NCBI GenBank assembly: GCA_043732185.1
Contig: JAYTHY010000136.1
Coordinates: 2,326-66,325 of the forward strand
Length of the DNA: 64,000 nucleotides
Source: Fibrobacteria bacterium
GTDB taxonomy: Bacteria > Fibrobacterota > Fibrobacteria > UBA11236
Direction of reading: 5' to 3'
The translations under genes and the position numbers were made by a program. The notes under the pieces were generated by a model that did not search any database, was not told the DNA's origin, and saw nothing but the letters and a program-made list of their open reading frames with translations. Positions 39,456 through 49,402 of this stretch are shown in pieces; position 1 is the stretch's first letter; every line of letters begins with the position of its first letter.

Positions 39456-40349
39456 TCAACGGGTATTGGGAATGATTTGAAATACCAAGGTGCAGACTTT
39501 ATCCGTTTTTTTATCCTTGGCGACAACTTCTTGAATTTCATCATCGAGCGCCGCCACTTTTTCACGGATGATTTTTAGGCTTTCATTGGATACGGTCAAC
39601 ACTTGGGTATTGTAGGCTTTGAATTTTCGAAATCCATCCTCGACAATACTGGAACTGAGATCATGAATTTGGCGGTTATAGCCTAAGGCAACTTCCCCCT
39701 GGAAGGCATCACCGGAAATCAGCAAATTGTTGGTGAGTGCGTACCCGGTATCTGACTTTCGAATCATTTGGAGATCGACGAGCAGATCAATGGCTTCCTG
39801 CACCTGGTCGGCGGAAATGGGAGGGTAGATTTCCTTGGCGATATCTGCAGGGCGAACTTTTTTTTGATCCAGCCCTAGGTAGTTGAAAACGACAGCGTAA
39901 TACCATTTGGCGTAGTACTTGTGCTGATTCTCCCGCACGATCCAGGCTTTGGAATTCCTAAATTTTGAAAGCTTGCCGAACAAAAAATTCCTTTCCAGGT
40001 CTGACCTGGCCTGGTTATGCTGAACCAGAACATCAAAATACTGGTTTTCCTTTTCGCCCAGGGAGAGAGCGGCCGCACAGCGAACCCGCAACTTGGGACC
40101 CAAATCCCGCTTGCCTTGCATCACGGAATAGAGCAGCGCCGTCGACCCAAAATATTTCAGGGAAAACGCCCGCTTGGAAAACTTGCTATTGCCTTTCTGT
40201 TTCCATTTCATAAAATCGGTCAAAAAGAGCCTGTATTCCAAATACTGGAACAGGCTAGGCTTGATCGAGTTGTTATGTGAAATAAGAGTGTTCAAATGGT
40301 CCGTCCGGTAACCGGAATTTTGCCTAGGCAGCAAAAATTCCAACTCCAA
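39456..40349 (-). CDS. TIGR02147/DUF4423-like protein (Fibrobacter/FCB-group conserved hypothetical family)
   Basis: N-terminal YLEYRLFLTDFMKWKQKGNSKFSKRAFSLKYFGSTALLYSVMQGKRDLG fits the family pattern as I recall it. 15-nt gap to the downstream lipoprotein gene. Confidence 0.45.
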   Translation of the reverse strand: MELEFLLPRQNSGYRTDHLNTLISHNNSIKPSLFQYLEYRLFLTDFMKWKQKGNSKFSKRAFSLKYFGSTALLYSVMQGKRDLGPKLRVRCAAALSLGEKENQYFDVLVQHNQARSDLERNFLFGKLSKFRNSKAWIVRENQHKYYAKWYYAVVFNYLGLDQKKVRPADIAKEIYPPISADQVQEAIDLLVDLQMIRKSDTGYALTNNLLISGDAFQGEVALGYNRQIHDLSSSIVEDGFRKFKAYNTQVLTVSNESLKIIREKVAALDDEIQEVVAKDKKTDKVCTLVFQIIPNTR

Positions 40350-40411
40350 CCTAAGGAATCGGAACTAAACCTACATATTGGACCAAGAAAGCGAAAGGCC
40401 TTGCGCTTGGC

Positions 40412-41419
40412 TTACTCCACCGTCCACGTGCTGCCGGAGTTGAATAGTTTGTCCAAGCTAGGAGGATTTTTGGCGGCTGCCGTATCGATCTGAGCGCGCA
40501 TGGCATCCGCATAGGAAGGCCTATCGACATTACGGAACACGCCCACCGGAACGGGGTACTCGGGATGGGACAATCGGGAGAGGTGAAAACCCAATGCACC
40601 GGTAGATTCCTTTTCATCATGCACCAGGATCTCAGAATCTAAGGGGTTCACCTTGGTCTTGATGGCCATCTTGTCCAGAACCAGAGCTTTTTCCAATTCT
40701 TTGCCATAGCGCATGGGCTGACCATGCTTTAAATAGAGTAGGGTATCTGGGCGGGTTGGGCGGCCATAGTACGGCTCGTGAATTTTATCCGCAAAGATAA
40801 TGCAGTTCTGGAGCACTTCAACCAATGCCGTTCCTTTATAAGCCGCAGCTGCAGCAAATACTTCACCCATATGTTTCACGTCATTGTCGGAGGTCCGGGC
40901 CACAAATCCGGCTTCAGCTCCAATGGCCATGCTGATAGGTGACAACGGCAAGTCTACGGAGCCCATGGGTGTGGAGGGGCTCACCGTCCCAACGCCGGAG
41001 GTGGGGGAATACTGGCCTTTGGTTAATCCATAGATTTTATTGTTGAACAGGATAATCTTGAGATCCATGTTTCGACGCAGGGCGTGGATAAAATGGTTGC
41101 CGCCAATGCTGAGCGCGTCGCCGTCTCCGGTAATGACCCAAACTTGGAGATTGGGGTTGCTGAGCTTGACTCCAGTTGAAATGGCGGGTGCCCGACCATG
41201 GATGGTATGAAATCCATAGGTGTTCATATAGTACGGGAAGCGACTGGAACAGCCGATGCCGGATACGAACACAAAATTTTCCTTGGGAAGGCCCAAAGTT
41301 GGCAGAATGCCTTGCATGGTGGACAAAATGGAATAATCTCCGCAGCCCGGACACCATCGAATGGCGGAAGGTGACGCAAAGTCTTTACGCGAGAGCGGTT
41401 CGGCCGTAGTCGTTGTCAT
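40412..41419 (-). CDS. korB: 2-oxoacid:ferredoxin oxidoreductase beta subunit (TPP-binding)
   Basis: CPGCGDYSIL and a TPP-binding GDG block. Confidence 0.85.
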   Translation of the reverse strand: MTTTTAEPLSRKDFASPSAIRWCPGCGDYSILSTMQGILPTLGLPKENFVFVSGIGCSSRFPYYMNTYGFHTIHGRAPAISTGVKLSNPNLQVWVITGDGDALSIGGNHFIHALRRNMDLKIILFNNKIYGLTKGQYSPTSGVGTVSPSTPMGSVDLPLSPISMAIGAEAGFVARTSDNDVKHMGEVFAAAAAYKGTALVEVLQNCIIFADKIHEPYYGRPTRPDTLLYLKHGQPMRYGKELEKALVLDKMAIKTKVNPLDSEILVHDEKESTGALGFHLSRLSHPEYPVPVGVFRNVDRPSYADAMRAQIDTAAAKNPPSLDKLFNSGSTWTVE

Positions 41420-43308
41420 TTCTGAGTCTCCAAAATGCGATGAAATTCTGCGGTGAGATAGGAAATTTTAAAGGGCTTGCCACGAACCTGGCTAATGCTT
41501 TGAATAGGCACGCCAAAGGTACCTCCCAACAACATTTTCAATTGACCCATATTCAATTCGGGTACAATGATCCGTTCGGCATTTCTGAGGATTTCGCCCA
41601 GGTTACGTGGGAATGGATTCATGTGCTGAAGATGGACGTGTCCGAGTTCCATGCCGCCTTTATTGCATTCATCGACTGCCGTCGAGACAGAGCCATAGGT
41701 TCCACCCCAGCTGACAACGATAGTCTTAGCATTTTTGTGGCCTGCTATTTCAATCAGAGGAATGTCATTGGCGATATTGGCAATTTTGGCGTGTCGCTCA
41801 TTGGTCATGGCCTGATGATTTTCCGGATCATAGGAGATTGTTCCTGTATTGTGGGCTTTTTCCAAACCACCGATGCGATGCTCTAACCCTTGAGTTCCCG
41901 GTATGGCCCACTTTCTGGCCTGAGTAATGGGATCCCGCTCATAAGGCATAAAGGCTTCTCCAGCCTGAGCGAGCTTCACTTCCATTTTAGGCAGTTTATC
42001 CGGGTCTGGAATAATCCACGGTTCCGATCCATTTGCGATGAACCCATCCGTCAATAGAATGACGGGAGTCATATATTTCATGGCGATACGGGCAGCCTCA
42101 TAGGCCATTTCAAAACAGTCACCGGGTGAACGGGCCGCTAATACCGGGAGTGGGCTGTCGCCACTGCGGCCGAACATAACCATCAGTAAATCACTTTGTT
42201 CCGTTTTTGTCGGCAATCCTGTGGATGGGCCACCGCGTTGCACGTCGATGATGACTAATGGCAGTTCCGTCATGACGCCGAGACCCATGGCTTCCAGCTT
42301 AAGGCAGACACCCGGTCCGGAGGTAGACGTGACACCCAAGTTACCGGCATATGCCGAACCGATGGCAGAGCAAATGGCCGCAATTTCATCTTCCGCTTGG
42401 AAGGTAATGACTCCGTAATTCTTGTATTTGGATAATCCGTGAAGGATATCGGATGCGGGTGTGATTGGATAGCTGCCGCAGAAAATATTGCGCCCGGATT
42501 TTTGTGATGCCGCGAGCAGACCGAATACAGTAGCCTCGTTGCCGGAGATCTTACGGTACTTGCCTTTGGGCAGCGCCGCTTTTTTGACTCGGTAATGCGA
42601 AGTGAAAAGCTCTACCGTGTCTGAAAAATAGAATCCGGACATCAGCGCCTTTTTATTGGCTTCGGCAATTTGTGGCTTATCCTTATACTTGGTTTTGGGA
42701 CCATACTTTTCATCCAACCACTTCAAGGTATGATTGAGCGGACGGTCGTACAGCCAATACATCATGCCTAAGGTGAAGAAGTTTTTGCACAGCTCTGCGG
42801 ATTTGCCTTTAAGACCTGTTTCGGCTACGGCGTTGATGGTAAGCTCCGTGATATTGGCACGAATGACGCGGTAACCGGCAAGTGACCCATCCTCCAAGGG
42901 ATTGGTTTTGAACTCGGCCTTTTCAATATCTTTTTCCGTGAAACCGGCTTCGTCCACTAGGAGTATGCCGCCTTCTTCCAGATCCGCGATGTTGGCTTTG
43001 AGCGCGGCTGCATTCATGGCTACCAAAACATTCAGGTCATCCCCGGGTGTTTTGATTTCTTCCGATGAAAAATGGATTTGAAAAGCACTGACGCCGGCTA
43101 CGGTACCGGCAGGCGCTCGAATTTCCGCGGGAAAATCCGGCATGGTGGCCAGATCGTTTCCAAAAAGGGCAGAGGCATCGGTAAATTGGGTGCCCGTGAT
43201 TTGCATGCCATCACCGGAATCTCCAGCGAATCGGATAGTAACCGAATCCACATCGATATGGGCTTTTTCATTGGGATTGATCGGGATGTTATGTACTTCT
43301 GTTGACAT
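41416..43308 (-). CDS. korA: 2-oxoacid:ferredoxin oxidoreductase alpha subunit (fused alpha/gamma)
   Basis: 630 aa with POR/KOR N-terminal and catalytic domains. 4-nt overlap with korB. Confidence 0.85.
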   Translation of the reverse strand: MSTEVHNIPINPNEKAHIDVDSVTIRFAGDSGDGMQITGTQFTDASALFGNDLATMPDFPAEIRAPAGTVAGVSAFQIHFSSEEIKTPGDDLNVLVAMNAAALKANIADLEEGGILLVDEAGFTEKDIEKAEFKTNPLEDGSLAGYRVIRANITELTINAVAETGLKGKSAELCKNFFTLGMMYWLYDRPLNHTLKWLDEKYGPKTKYKDKPQIAEANKKALMSGFYFSDTVELFTSHYRVKKAALPKGKYRKISGNEATVFGLLAASQKSGRNIFCGSYPITPASDILHGLSKYKNYGVITFQAEDEIAAICSAIGSAYAGNLGVTSTSGPGVCLKLEAMGLGVMTELPLVIIDVQRGGPSTGLPTKTEQSDLLMVMFGRSGDSPLPVLAARSPGDCFEMAYEAARIAMKYMTPVILLTDGFIANGSEPWIIPDPDKLPKMEVKLAQAGEAFMPYERDPITQARKWAIPGTQGLEHRIGGLEKAHNTGTISYDPENHQAMTNERHAKIANIANDIPLIEIAGHKNAKTIVVSWGGTYGSVSTAVDECNKGGMELGHVHLQHMNPFPRNLGEILRNAERIIVPELNMGQLKMLLGGTFGVPIQSISQVRGKPFKISYLTAEFHRILETQK

Positions 43309-43478
43309 AGGAAAAGTCCGCTCCAGGTACAGTGAAATGTGTCATAGGTTTCGCGCTAATTATAGCATTATCCGGATTATTTTTCTTTCCAATTATGGAG
43401 GTTCTACAAACGTCGCAAACCTTTCTATTCCGCGTTCATGCGATAAGTCGAAATGATTTTGCACCATCGGACAAGGTG

Positions 43479-44624
43479 TCAATACTTAATGGCTGCAACT
43501 TCCTTTTTAAGACTGCCGGGAAGCCAGTATAGGGTACTGTGGAACGTATCTGAATGCCATAATGCCATTTGACTGGCCAATAATTTTTGTTCCTTTTGTC
43601 TAGCGTAGATTTTGGCCAAGTTACCGACTGAACTCATGTAGCCCGTTGGCAAGTATGTTTGAGATGCCTGGGACGTGCGGATCGCTGCATATTCTTGTTG
43701 TAAAGCTTCTTGTAGGACTCGGGCGGAGGCTAAATCACCCTTGCGGAAGAGGAAGTCGGCCTTAATTTGTCGGTAAAGCCGATTTTTGGGGTATCGGGTA
43801 AGAAAAGCATCAATTAAATTCAGGCCGGAGTCCCAGCGCCCTGTGTCATAGAAAAGCCAGAGCAACGTGGTTTGCAAGAACACCTTGAGATAGCGAGAAC
43901 GCTGCGCTGCGTTTTGCAGTCGAAGAACCGGTCCGGCTTGGTCTGAATGGACAAATGGTAACCAATCGACCTTTTTGAGTACGGTTGCCATATAATAATC
44001 ATACAAAGCCAGGTAGGCGCTCGCTTCCGCCTTATTGGCCAGAGGTTTGAGCGCACTAACCGCTTTCCTCCCTAAACGTGTAGCCTGTAATGTCTGATGG
44101 GTAACACTCGCCACATAGCTGAGCTGCATAGTGGTAAGTCCCAAGTAGAAATCCAAACTCGTATGGGAATCAGGAGTAGAATGGCTGGATTGGGATAAGG
44201 AATCCCAAAGCCGCTCCGCCTTAAATAGGGAAGCCGTATCGCCAAGGTCATTAAAACGGTTTGCCAATACCAGACCTCGGAAATAGGGTCGGGCAGGAAT
44301 TTCCGGCAGGGTGGAAAGCAGAGAGTCCGCGGCCGTATAATCCATTTGATAAAGGCGATCCAGCGCTGTTAGGATTAAACTGTCATAGGCTGGTTCGTAA
44401 AGGCATGCGTCACTTCCAGGCGTCACAGTGAAGGGGATTGAAGGTAGAGTGTTATTTAAGGTCGAGGGTGTTGTCGTCGCTGTCGCTGTCGTTGACCTTG
44501 AGCCTTGAACCGGAGCCCCGTACAGTGCTAGTGAGCAGATAAAAATCCAAACTGAAATCAATGCAAGATTGCGGTGGAAATGGTTAAGGTCGGGGTGACA
44601 TACTTTTCTTAATTTAAAGGCCAT
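43479..44624 (-). CDS. Hypothetical secreted helical-repeat (TPR-like) protein
   Basis: The ORF is open to 44843. The Met at 44624 gives the signal peptide MAFKLRKV...ALISVWIFICSLALYG and avoids overlap with aroD. Confidence 0.4.
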   Translation of the reverse strand: MAFKLRKVCHPDLNHFHRNLALISVWIFICSLALYGAPVQGSRSTTATATTTPSTLNNTLPSIPFTVTPGSDACLYEPAYDSLILTALDRLYQMDYTAADSLLSTLPEIPARPYFRGLVLANRFNDLGDTASLFKAERLWDSLSQSSHSTPDSHTSLDFYLGLTTMQLSYVASVTHQTLQATRLGRKAVSALKPLANKAEASAYLALYDYYMATVLKKVDWLPFVHSDQAGPVLRLQNAAQRSRYLKVFLQTTLLWLFYDTGRWDSGLNLIDAFLTRYPKNRLYRQIKADFLFRKGDLASARVLQEALQQEYAAIRTSQASQTYLPTGYMSSVGNLAKIYARQKEQKLLASQMALWHSDTFHSTLYWLPGSLKKEVAAIKY

Positions 44625-44625
44625 T

Positions 44626-45447
44626 GTGGGTGAAAGTACAAAAAACCGTTTCGGAGCCAGAATCATCGGGATTGTAACGTCCGCTAACCGAAAGGATCCA
44701 GAAGCTTGGAGCGCCCTAGCAAAATGCGCTATGGTTGAATTCCGCGCCGACAGCTGGGAAGCCTCCCAGATTCCGACAGAATTACGGTCTTTCCGGGACG
44801 AATACAAACAACGGTTTGGTTCCGACCCTGAGACGATTTTCACTATTCGCTTAGCACGGGATGGTGGCGCGTGGCTCGATTCCGAGGCAGCTCAACGGGA
44901 CAAAATTTGGATAGCCCTGGAAGGGGATGAAGCAGGATGCCAGAGTGAGTGGATTGATGTGGAATTGGAACATATCGCTTCGCTTTCCCCAGCGTTGGTT
45001 TCCTTGATCGCGGACAAAAAATTCAAGGTACTTGTGTCCCACCACAATTTTGAGGGCAGCTACAGTAAAGAGGCGCTTGCACGTTTGGGTCGGGACATGC
45101 TGGCTGTTCGGGCCGATGGTATAAAACTGGCCACCACGTGTCGAACCCGAGCAGAGGTACTGAATCTCATGCATTTCGCGCGAGAAGCCGCCATAAGTCG
45201 AAAGCCCGCCGCAGTTCTAAGCATGGGTACCGTAGGCCAGGCTATGCGAATATTGAGTCCGCTACTGGGTTGCCCATGGACCTATGGTTATCTTTCAGGA
45301 GGTGCGGTGGCCCCGGGCCAATTTTCCGTCAGTCAAATGCACAATATTTTTACCAGGATGGACGTGCCAATGCAGCCAGACCTATCGGATTCGGAAATGT
45401 TTGATTGGGTGGAAGGCCGCCTAAATGAGGCGCTCCTTGCGAATTAG
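44626..45447 (+). CDS. aroD: 3-dehydroquinate dehydratase, type I
   Basis: VEFRAD, VSHHNF, the Schiff-base Lys region IKLAT, and SMGTVGQAMR motifs. GTG start. Confidence 0.75.
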   Translation: MGESTKNRFGARIIGIVTSANRKDPEAWSALAKCAMVEFRADSWEASQIPTELRSFRDEYKQRFGSDPETIFTIRLARDGGAWLDSEAAQRDKIWIALEGDEAGCQSEWIDVELEHIASLSPALVSLIADKKFKVLVSHHNFEGSYSKEALARLGRDMLAVRADGIKLATTCRTRAEVLNLMHFAREAAISRKPAAVLSMGTVGQAMRILSPLLGCPWTYGYLSGGAVAPGQFSVSQMHNIFTRMDVPMQPDLSDSEMFDWVEGRLNEALLAN

Positions 45448-48400
45448 CTTGGCTCGAAAATGGACGCTCAAAAGCCTCTTGTTCTCGGCGATCCTCTGTG
45501 GATGGTCTCTGGGATGGGGACAAGAATTCGGCCAAAACAAAGTGCAGTTCCAGCAATTTGTTTGGTCTTATTACCGAACGGAACATTTCGATATCTACTT
45601 TCCGCAAGGTGCGGAGCTGATCGCGAATTTTGCAGGAGGCCATGTTGAGGAGATGTATAAAAGTGTTTCCGCAACAGTCGGCCATCGACTCACGGGACGC
45701 GTTCCTATTATCCTACACAATTCGCATGTGGAGTTTGAACAGACCAATGTCATCCGCCTCCCTTTGCATGAAGGCATCGGTGGCTTTACGGAAATTTTCA
45801 AGAACCGGATTGTGCTTCCGTTTGAAGGCAGCTATACGGAATTTTACCATGTCTTAAAGCATGAAATGACCCATGCTGTCATGTTCGATATGATGTTTGG
45901 TGAAAGCGCCGCTTCCAAGGTTTCCAATCAAGGTGGCCAATTTCCGTTATGGGTGAGCGAAGGCTTGGCTGAGTACGCTTCCTTAGGTTGGGATCTGTCT
46001 TCAGAATTTTTCATGGTGGATGCGACCACTTTTGGTTATGTCGAACCGCCCACTTCCGACTTCGGTGGGTTTTTAGCCTACAAAGGAGGCCAACTGTTTT
46101 TCCATTGGATGGAAAAAACCTACGGCAAGCCTGCGGTCACAAAATTAATCCAAAGTATGACAGACTCGCATGACCTTCCTCAAGCATTTAAAAAAGTAAC
46201 CAAGACATCATTGGAAGAGGCGGGGGAAATCTGGCTGCGTGAATTGCGATACCTTTATTGGCCGGAACTCGGTCAGCGTAAATACGGTAAAAGTATAGCC
46301 AGACGATTAACGGAACACGGCAAAGACTTATCCTTTTTCAATTTGCAGCCATCCATATCGCCCAATGGCGAGGAGATTGCCTTTTTCAGCGATAGAGAAT
46401 CTTGGGAAGCGATATTCATTCTCAATATCAAAAGCGAAAAAGTCACCCGCTCAGTCATTCAAGGAGGAAAGGAAGGGAAGCATGAAAGCTTTCACTCTTT
46501 TAAATCGGGAATCACCTGGAGCCCGGACAGCAAGCAACTTGCTATTGTCAGCAAAAGTCAAGGGAAAGACGTCATCAATATCATCGATGCGCGCAAAGGC
46601 ACCGTCAAGCGAACCATCACTCCTGAAGTGCAGGCTATACTATCGCCAAATTGGTCGCGCGATGGCCGACGAATCGCCTTCAGTGGCATGCAAGATGGCC
46701 TCACCGACATTTATGTCTGGGATTTAGAAACCAGCACGTTATTGCGATTGACACATGATTTGGCCCATGATGATAAACCGGTATTTTCTCCTTCTGGACG
46801 CTGGATAGCGTTTGAAACGGACCGGCCGGATGCTGCGATCCGACCGCTTTCTCCCCATCCTCTAGACGACTACAATCAGTTGCTTCCATTTAAGGATATC
46901 TATAAGATTCGTAGTGAAGGGGACAGCCTGGTCAAAGTGGCCGGCGGCAATTGGGATGAAAAGGAGCCCTCCTACGGTCCGTCCGACACCACCCTGATGT
47001 TCATTTCCAATCGGTCCGGCATCGACAACATTTATATGAGCAAGGATTCGGTCGGTATGTCTTTGGTCAGACCCGTAACCAACCTGCTTTCCGGATGTTT
47101 CACGCCATCGTGGTCGAGAAGCGGTGGACTGCTGGCTTTTTCCCTTTTTGAAGAAGGAGGTTGGGATATTTTTCTGATGAAGGATCCGGTGAGTAAAGTT
47201 ATTTCTGGTGAGCTTCCCAAAACCCGTTTTATCAAAACCCAAGAAGACAGCGCCTTAAGTTTCTTTCGCCCATTAAATTGGGCGAACCTCTCCAGCTACA
47301 ATGCCGACAGTGTCCGCACGGATTCGCTTGGAAGACTAGACTCCTTAAAAAAAGTTGCCAGCAAAGATTCAACCCGTAAAGACAGTCTCTCTAGGGATAC
47401 AACGGCCAAAACTGTCCCATCCGATACGAATAAAAACACGGTGGTTGCCGAGAAGGCCCCTTCCGGCGACAGTGTGGAATCAGCAGGGAGCAAGAAAAAA
47501 GGGAAGAAGAAAAAGGATTCCGTTTTTCTGACTGACAGCTCCGCGTATCTGGCCGGTGATGGAGGGTTTTTAAAACGAAAATACAAGCCTGTATGGAGTC
47601 TGGACAATGCTAACGCGGCCCTAGGAGTTGACAACCAGTATGGATATGGAGGCCTAGCATATATAACCTTGAGCGATTTAATGGGCGATCAGGAGTTGTC
47701 CTTTGCCCTCAGCATCAATGGTAGCTGGGAGAATACGAATGGTTCAGTTGCTTACAGCTATTTGCCCATGAAAACGGATTTGACAATTAGTGCCTACCAC
47801 CAAGCCCAACTTTCGAATGGATTGCTGCAGGATTCCGGCTCGATATCTCCGCCAGACAGTGTGTTTCTGGACAGACAATTTGGTTTCGGAGCAATGGCGC
47901 GTTACCCTTTTTCGGTATATACGCGGCTTGAGTTTGAAGCCAGAACTTTGTTTTCTTCCCGAAGTCTGCAGTCTAATCAGGGTGGCAAATTTGTCACTGA
48001 TAATAGCTATGATCCCATTACCATCAACGCGGTTTTTCCAACTTTGAAATGGGTGCATGACAATACCATCTGGGGAATTGTCGGTCCTGTGAATGGGGAA
48101 CGAGTTTACGGTGCTATCCAGGCCGTACCGCCGGTATTTCAAGATCATATTTCCTTTTATACGCTTGATGCTGATGCCCGTAAATACTGGGAGTTTTTTA
48201 AAAAGTATACTTTAGCTGTCCGAGTCTCCGCAGGCGCTTCTGAAGCCATCGGCAATTATGAAAATCCGCACCAATTCTGGGTAGGCGGTGAAGATTTCAC
48301 TTTTAATGCGCATGCAAATTCGGCGAATCTCCCGAAAAAGCTGGAAGAGTTTTACTTCTCACAATTCGATTTTCCATTGCGGGGATTCGACTATTATGAA

Positions 48401-48703
48401 TTTAAAGGCACACGGAAATTCGTCAGCAATGTTGAATTCAGATATCCCTTTATCCGCGAGTTTTCTGTGGTCTGGCCAATACCATTAGTCTTACGGTATG
48501 TAATGGGTAATGTATTCATGGATTACGGCGGCGCATGGTCGTCGGGCGATCCATTTGATGTCATGGGAATGGGGCTTGGATATGGCATGCGTATGAATCT
48601 CGGAATATTCGTACTGAAGTACACGCGGTCCTGGGCCATCAAAGGCATCGGCTCGCATGAAAATCCACAACGGGATTATTGGTCCCTGGGCGCAGAGTTT
48701 TAA
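45425..48703 (+). CDS. Large secreted/outer-membrane multidomain protein: HExxH metallopeptidase-like domain, TolB-like beta-propeller repeats, C-terminal Omp85/D15-type beta-barrel
   Basis: Signal peptide. HEMTHAV plus a downstream EGLAEY. Repeated SP(N/D)G-type blades (SISPNGEEIAF, WSPDSKQLAIV, SPNWSRDGRRIAF, FSPSGRWIAF). The C-terminus FMDYGGAW...GMGLGYGMRMNLGIFVLKYTRSWAI...F resembles the BamA/Omp85 barrel ending. Confidence 0.6.
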   Translation: MRRSLRISLARKWTLKSLLFSAILCGWSLGWGQEFGQNKVQFQQFVWSYYRTEHFDIYFPQGAELIANFAGGHVEEMYKSVSATVGHRLTGRVPIILHNSHVEFEQTNVIRLPLHEGIGGFTEIFKNRIVLPFEGSYTEFYHVLKHEMTHAVMFDMMFGESAASKVSNQGGQFPLWVSEGLAEYASLGWDLSSEFFMVDATTFGYVEPPTSDFGGFLAYKGGQLFFHWMEKTYGKPAVTKLIQSMTDSHDLPQAFKKVTKTSLEEAGEIWLRELRYLYWPELGQRKYGKSIARRLTEHGKDLSFFNLQPSISPNGEEIAFFSDRESWEAIFILNIKSEKVTRSVIQGGKEGKHESFHSFKSGITWSPDSKQLAIVSKSQGKDVINIIDARKGTVKRTITPEVQAILSPNWSRDGRRIAFSGMQDGLTDIYVWDLETSTLLRLTHDLAHDDKPVFSPSGRWIAFETDRPDAAIRPLSPHPLDDYNQLLPFKDIYKIRSEGDSLVKVAGGNWDEKEPSYGPSDTTLMFISNRSGIDNIYMSKDSVGMSLVRPVTNLLSGCFTPSWSRSGGLLAFSLFEEGGWDIFLMKDPVSKVISGELPKTRFIKTQEDSALSFFRPLNWANLSSYNADSVRTDSLGRLDSLKKVASKDSTRKDSLSRDTTAKTVPSDTNKNTVVAEKAPSGDSVESAGSKKKGKKKKDSVFLTDSSAYLAGDGGFLKRKYKPVWSLDNANAALGVDNQYGYGGLAYITLSDLMGDQELSFALSINGSWENTNGSVAYSYLPMKTDLTISAYHQAQLSNGLLQDSGSISPPDSVFLDRQFGFGAMARYPFSVYTRLEFEARTLFSSRSLQSNQGGKFVTDNSYDPITINAVFPTLKWVHDNTIWGIVGPVNGERVYGAIQAVPPVFQDHISFYTLDADARKYWEFFKKYTLAVRVSAGASEAIGNYENPHQFWVGGEDFTFNAHANSANLPKKLEEFYFSQFDFPLRGFDYYEFKGTRKFVSNVEFRYPFIREFSVVWPIPLVLRYVMGNVFMDYGGAWSSGDPFDVMGMGLGYGMRMNLGIFVLKYTRSWAIKGIGSHENPQRDYWSLGAEF

Positions 48704-48736
48704 AGTGGGACCCGGCGGGTCTAAGGACATGAAAAT

Positions 48737-49201
48737 ATGAAACTATCGGAATCCTTTTCGGAAAAGTGCATCATCATTGATTCCCCGCAAAACCATAAAC
48801 GCGAACTTATTTCGGATATGGTGGATTTGTTATGTCAATCGTATCAGATTGAAAACCGTGACGGCGTGCTGAAAGCTGTGCTGGGTAGGGAAGCGAAAAT
48901 GTCAACTGGCATTGGTTGTGGTCTGGCGGTTCCCCATGGCAAAGTGGACTTCTTGGATAAGATGTGCGTCGTTGCCTGTTCCGTAAAACGCGGGATTAAT
49001 TTTGAAGCCATTGACAAGGAAAACGTGTATTTACTTTTTCTGATTGTTTCGCCGGCAAATACAACGGGCCCACATATTCGAGCGCTCTCGGCAATATCTA
49101 GAATCATGTCCGATGCCGATATTCGTCGCAGTCTCATCGCCTCAGAAAGCCCGTTGGAGTTCTACAACAATTTGAAAATCGGCGAGGCGAAGTACGCCTA
49201 A
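48737..49201 (+). CDS. ptsN: PTS EIIA(Ntr)-type nitrogen regulatory protein
   Basis: 154 aa with the PTS EIIA type-2 fold and the His-containing GCGLAVPHGK motif. Confidence 0.75.
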   Translation: MKLSESFSEKCIIIDSPQNHKRELISDMVDLLCQSYQIENRDGVLKAVLGREAKMSTGIGCGLAVPHGKVDFLDKMCVVACSVKRGINFEAIDKENVYLLFLIVSPANTTGPHIRALSAISRIMSDADIRRSLIASESPLEFYNNLKIGEAKYA

Positions 49202-49402
49202 ATTAAGCGCGTTCGTCCGCACTTCACAATCTTTTTACCGTTTTTTTCTCAAAACTCTCCAACAGGACCTAAACTAGAATACCCCAAAATAATCGGCCAA
49301 ATTCATTGATTTGGAACGGATTAACCTGTCTCATAGCCATCCCTGGCATGAGACGATTAGGTTGGGAGTCCAGGGTACTATGGTGTTAAAAATGGTTATA
49401 TT

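Noticed and set aside
44622-44628. Divergent TPR-like and aroD genes whose inferred start codons are only 1 nt apart.
   Set aside because: This most likely reflects start-codon uncertainty (alternative internal Met at 60 for the TPR-like gene; GTG for aroD) rather than a real zero-length divergent promoter.
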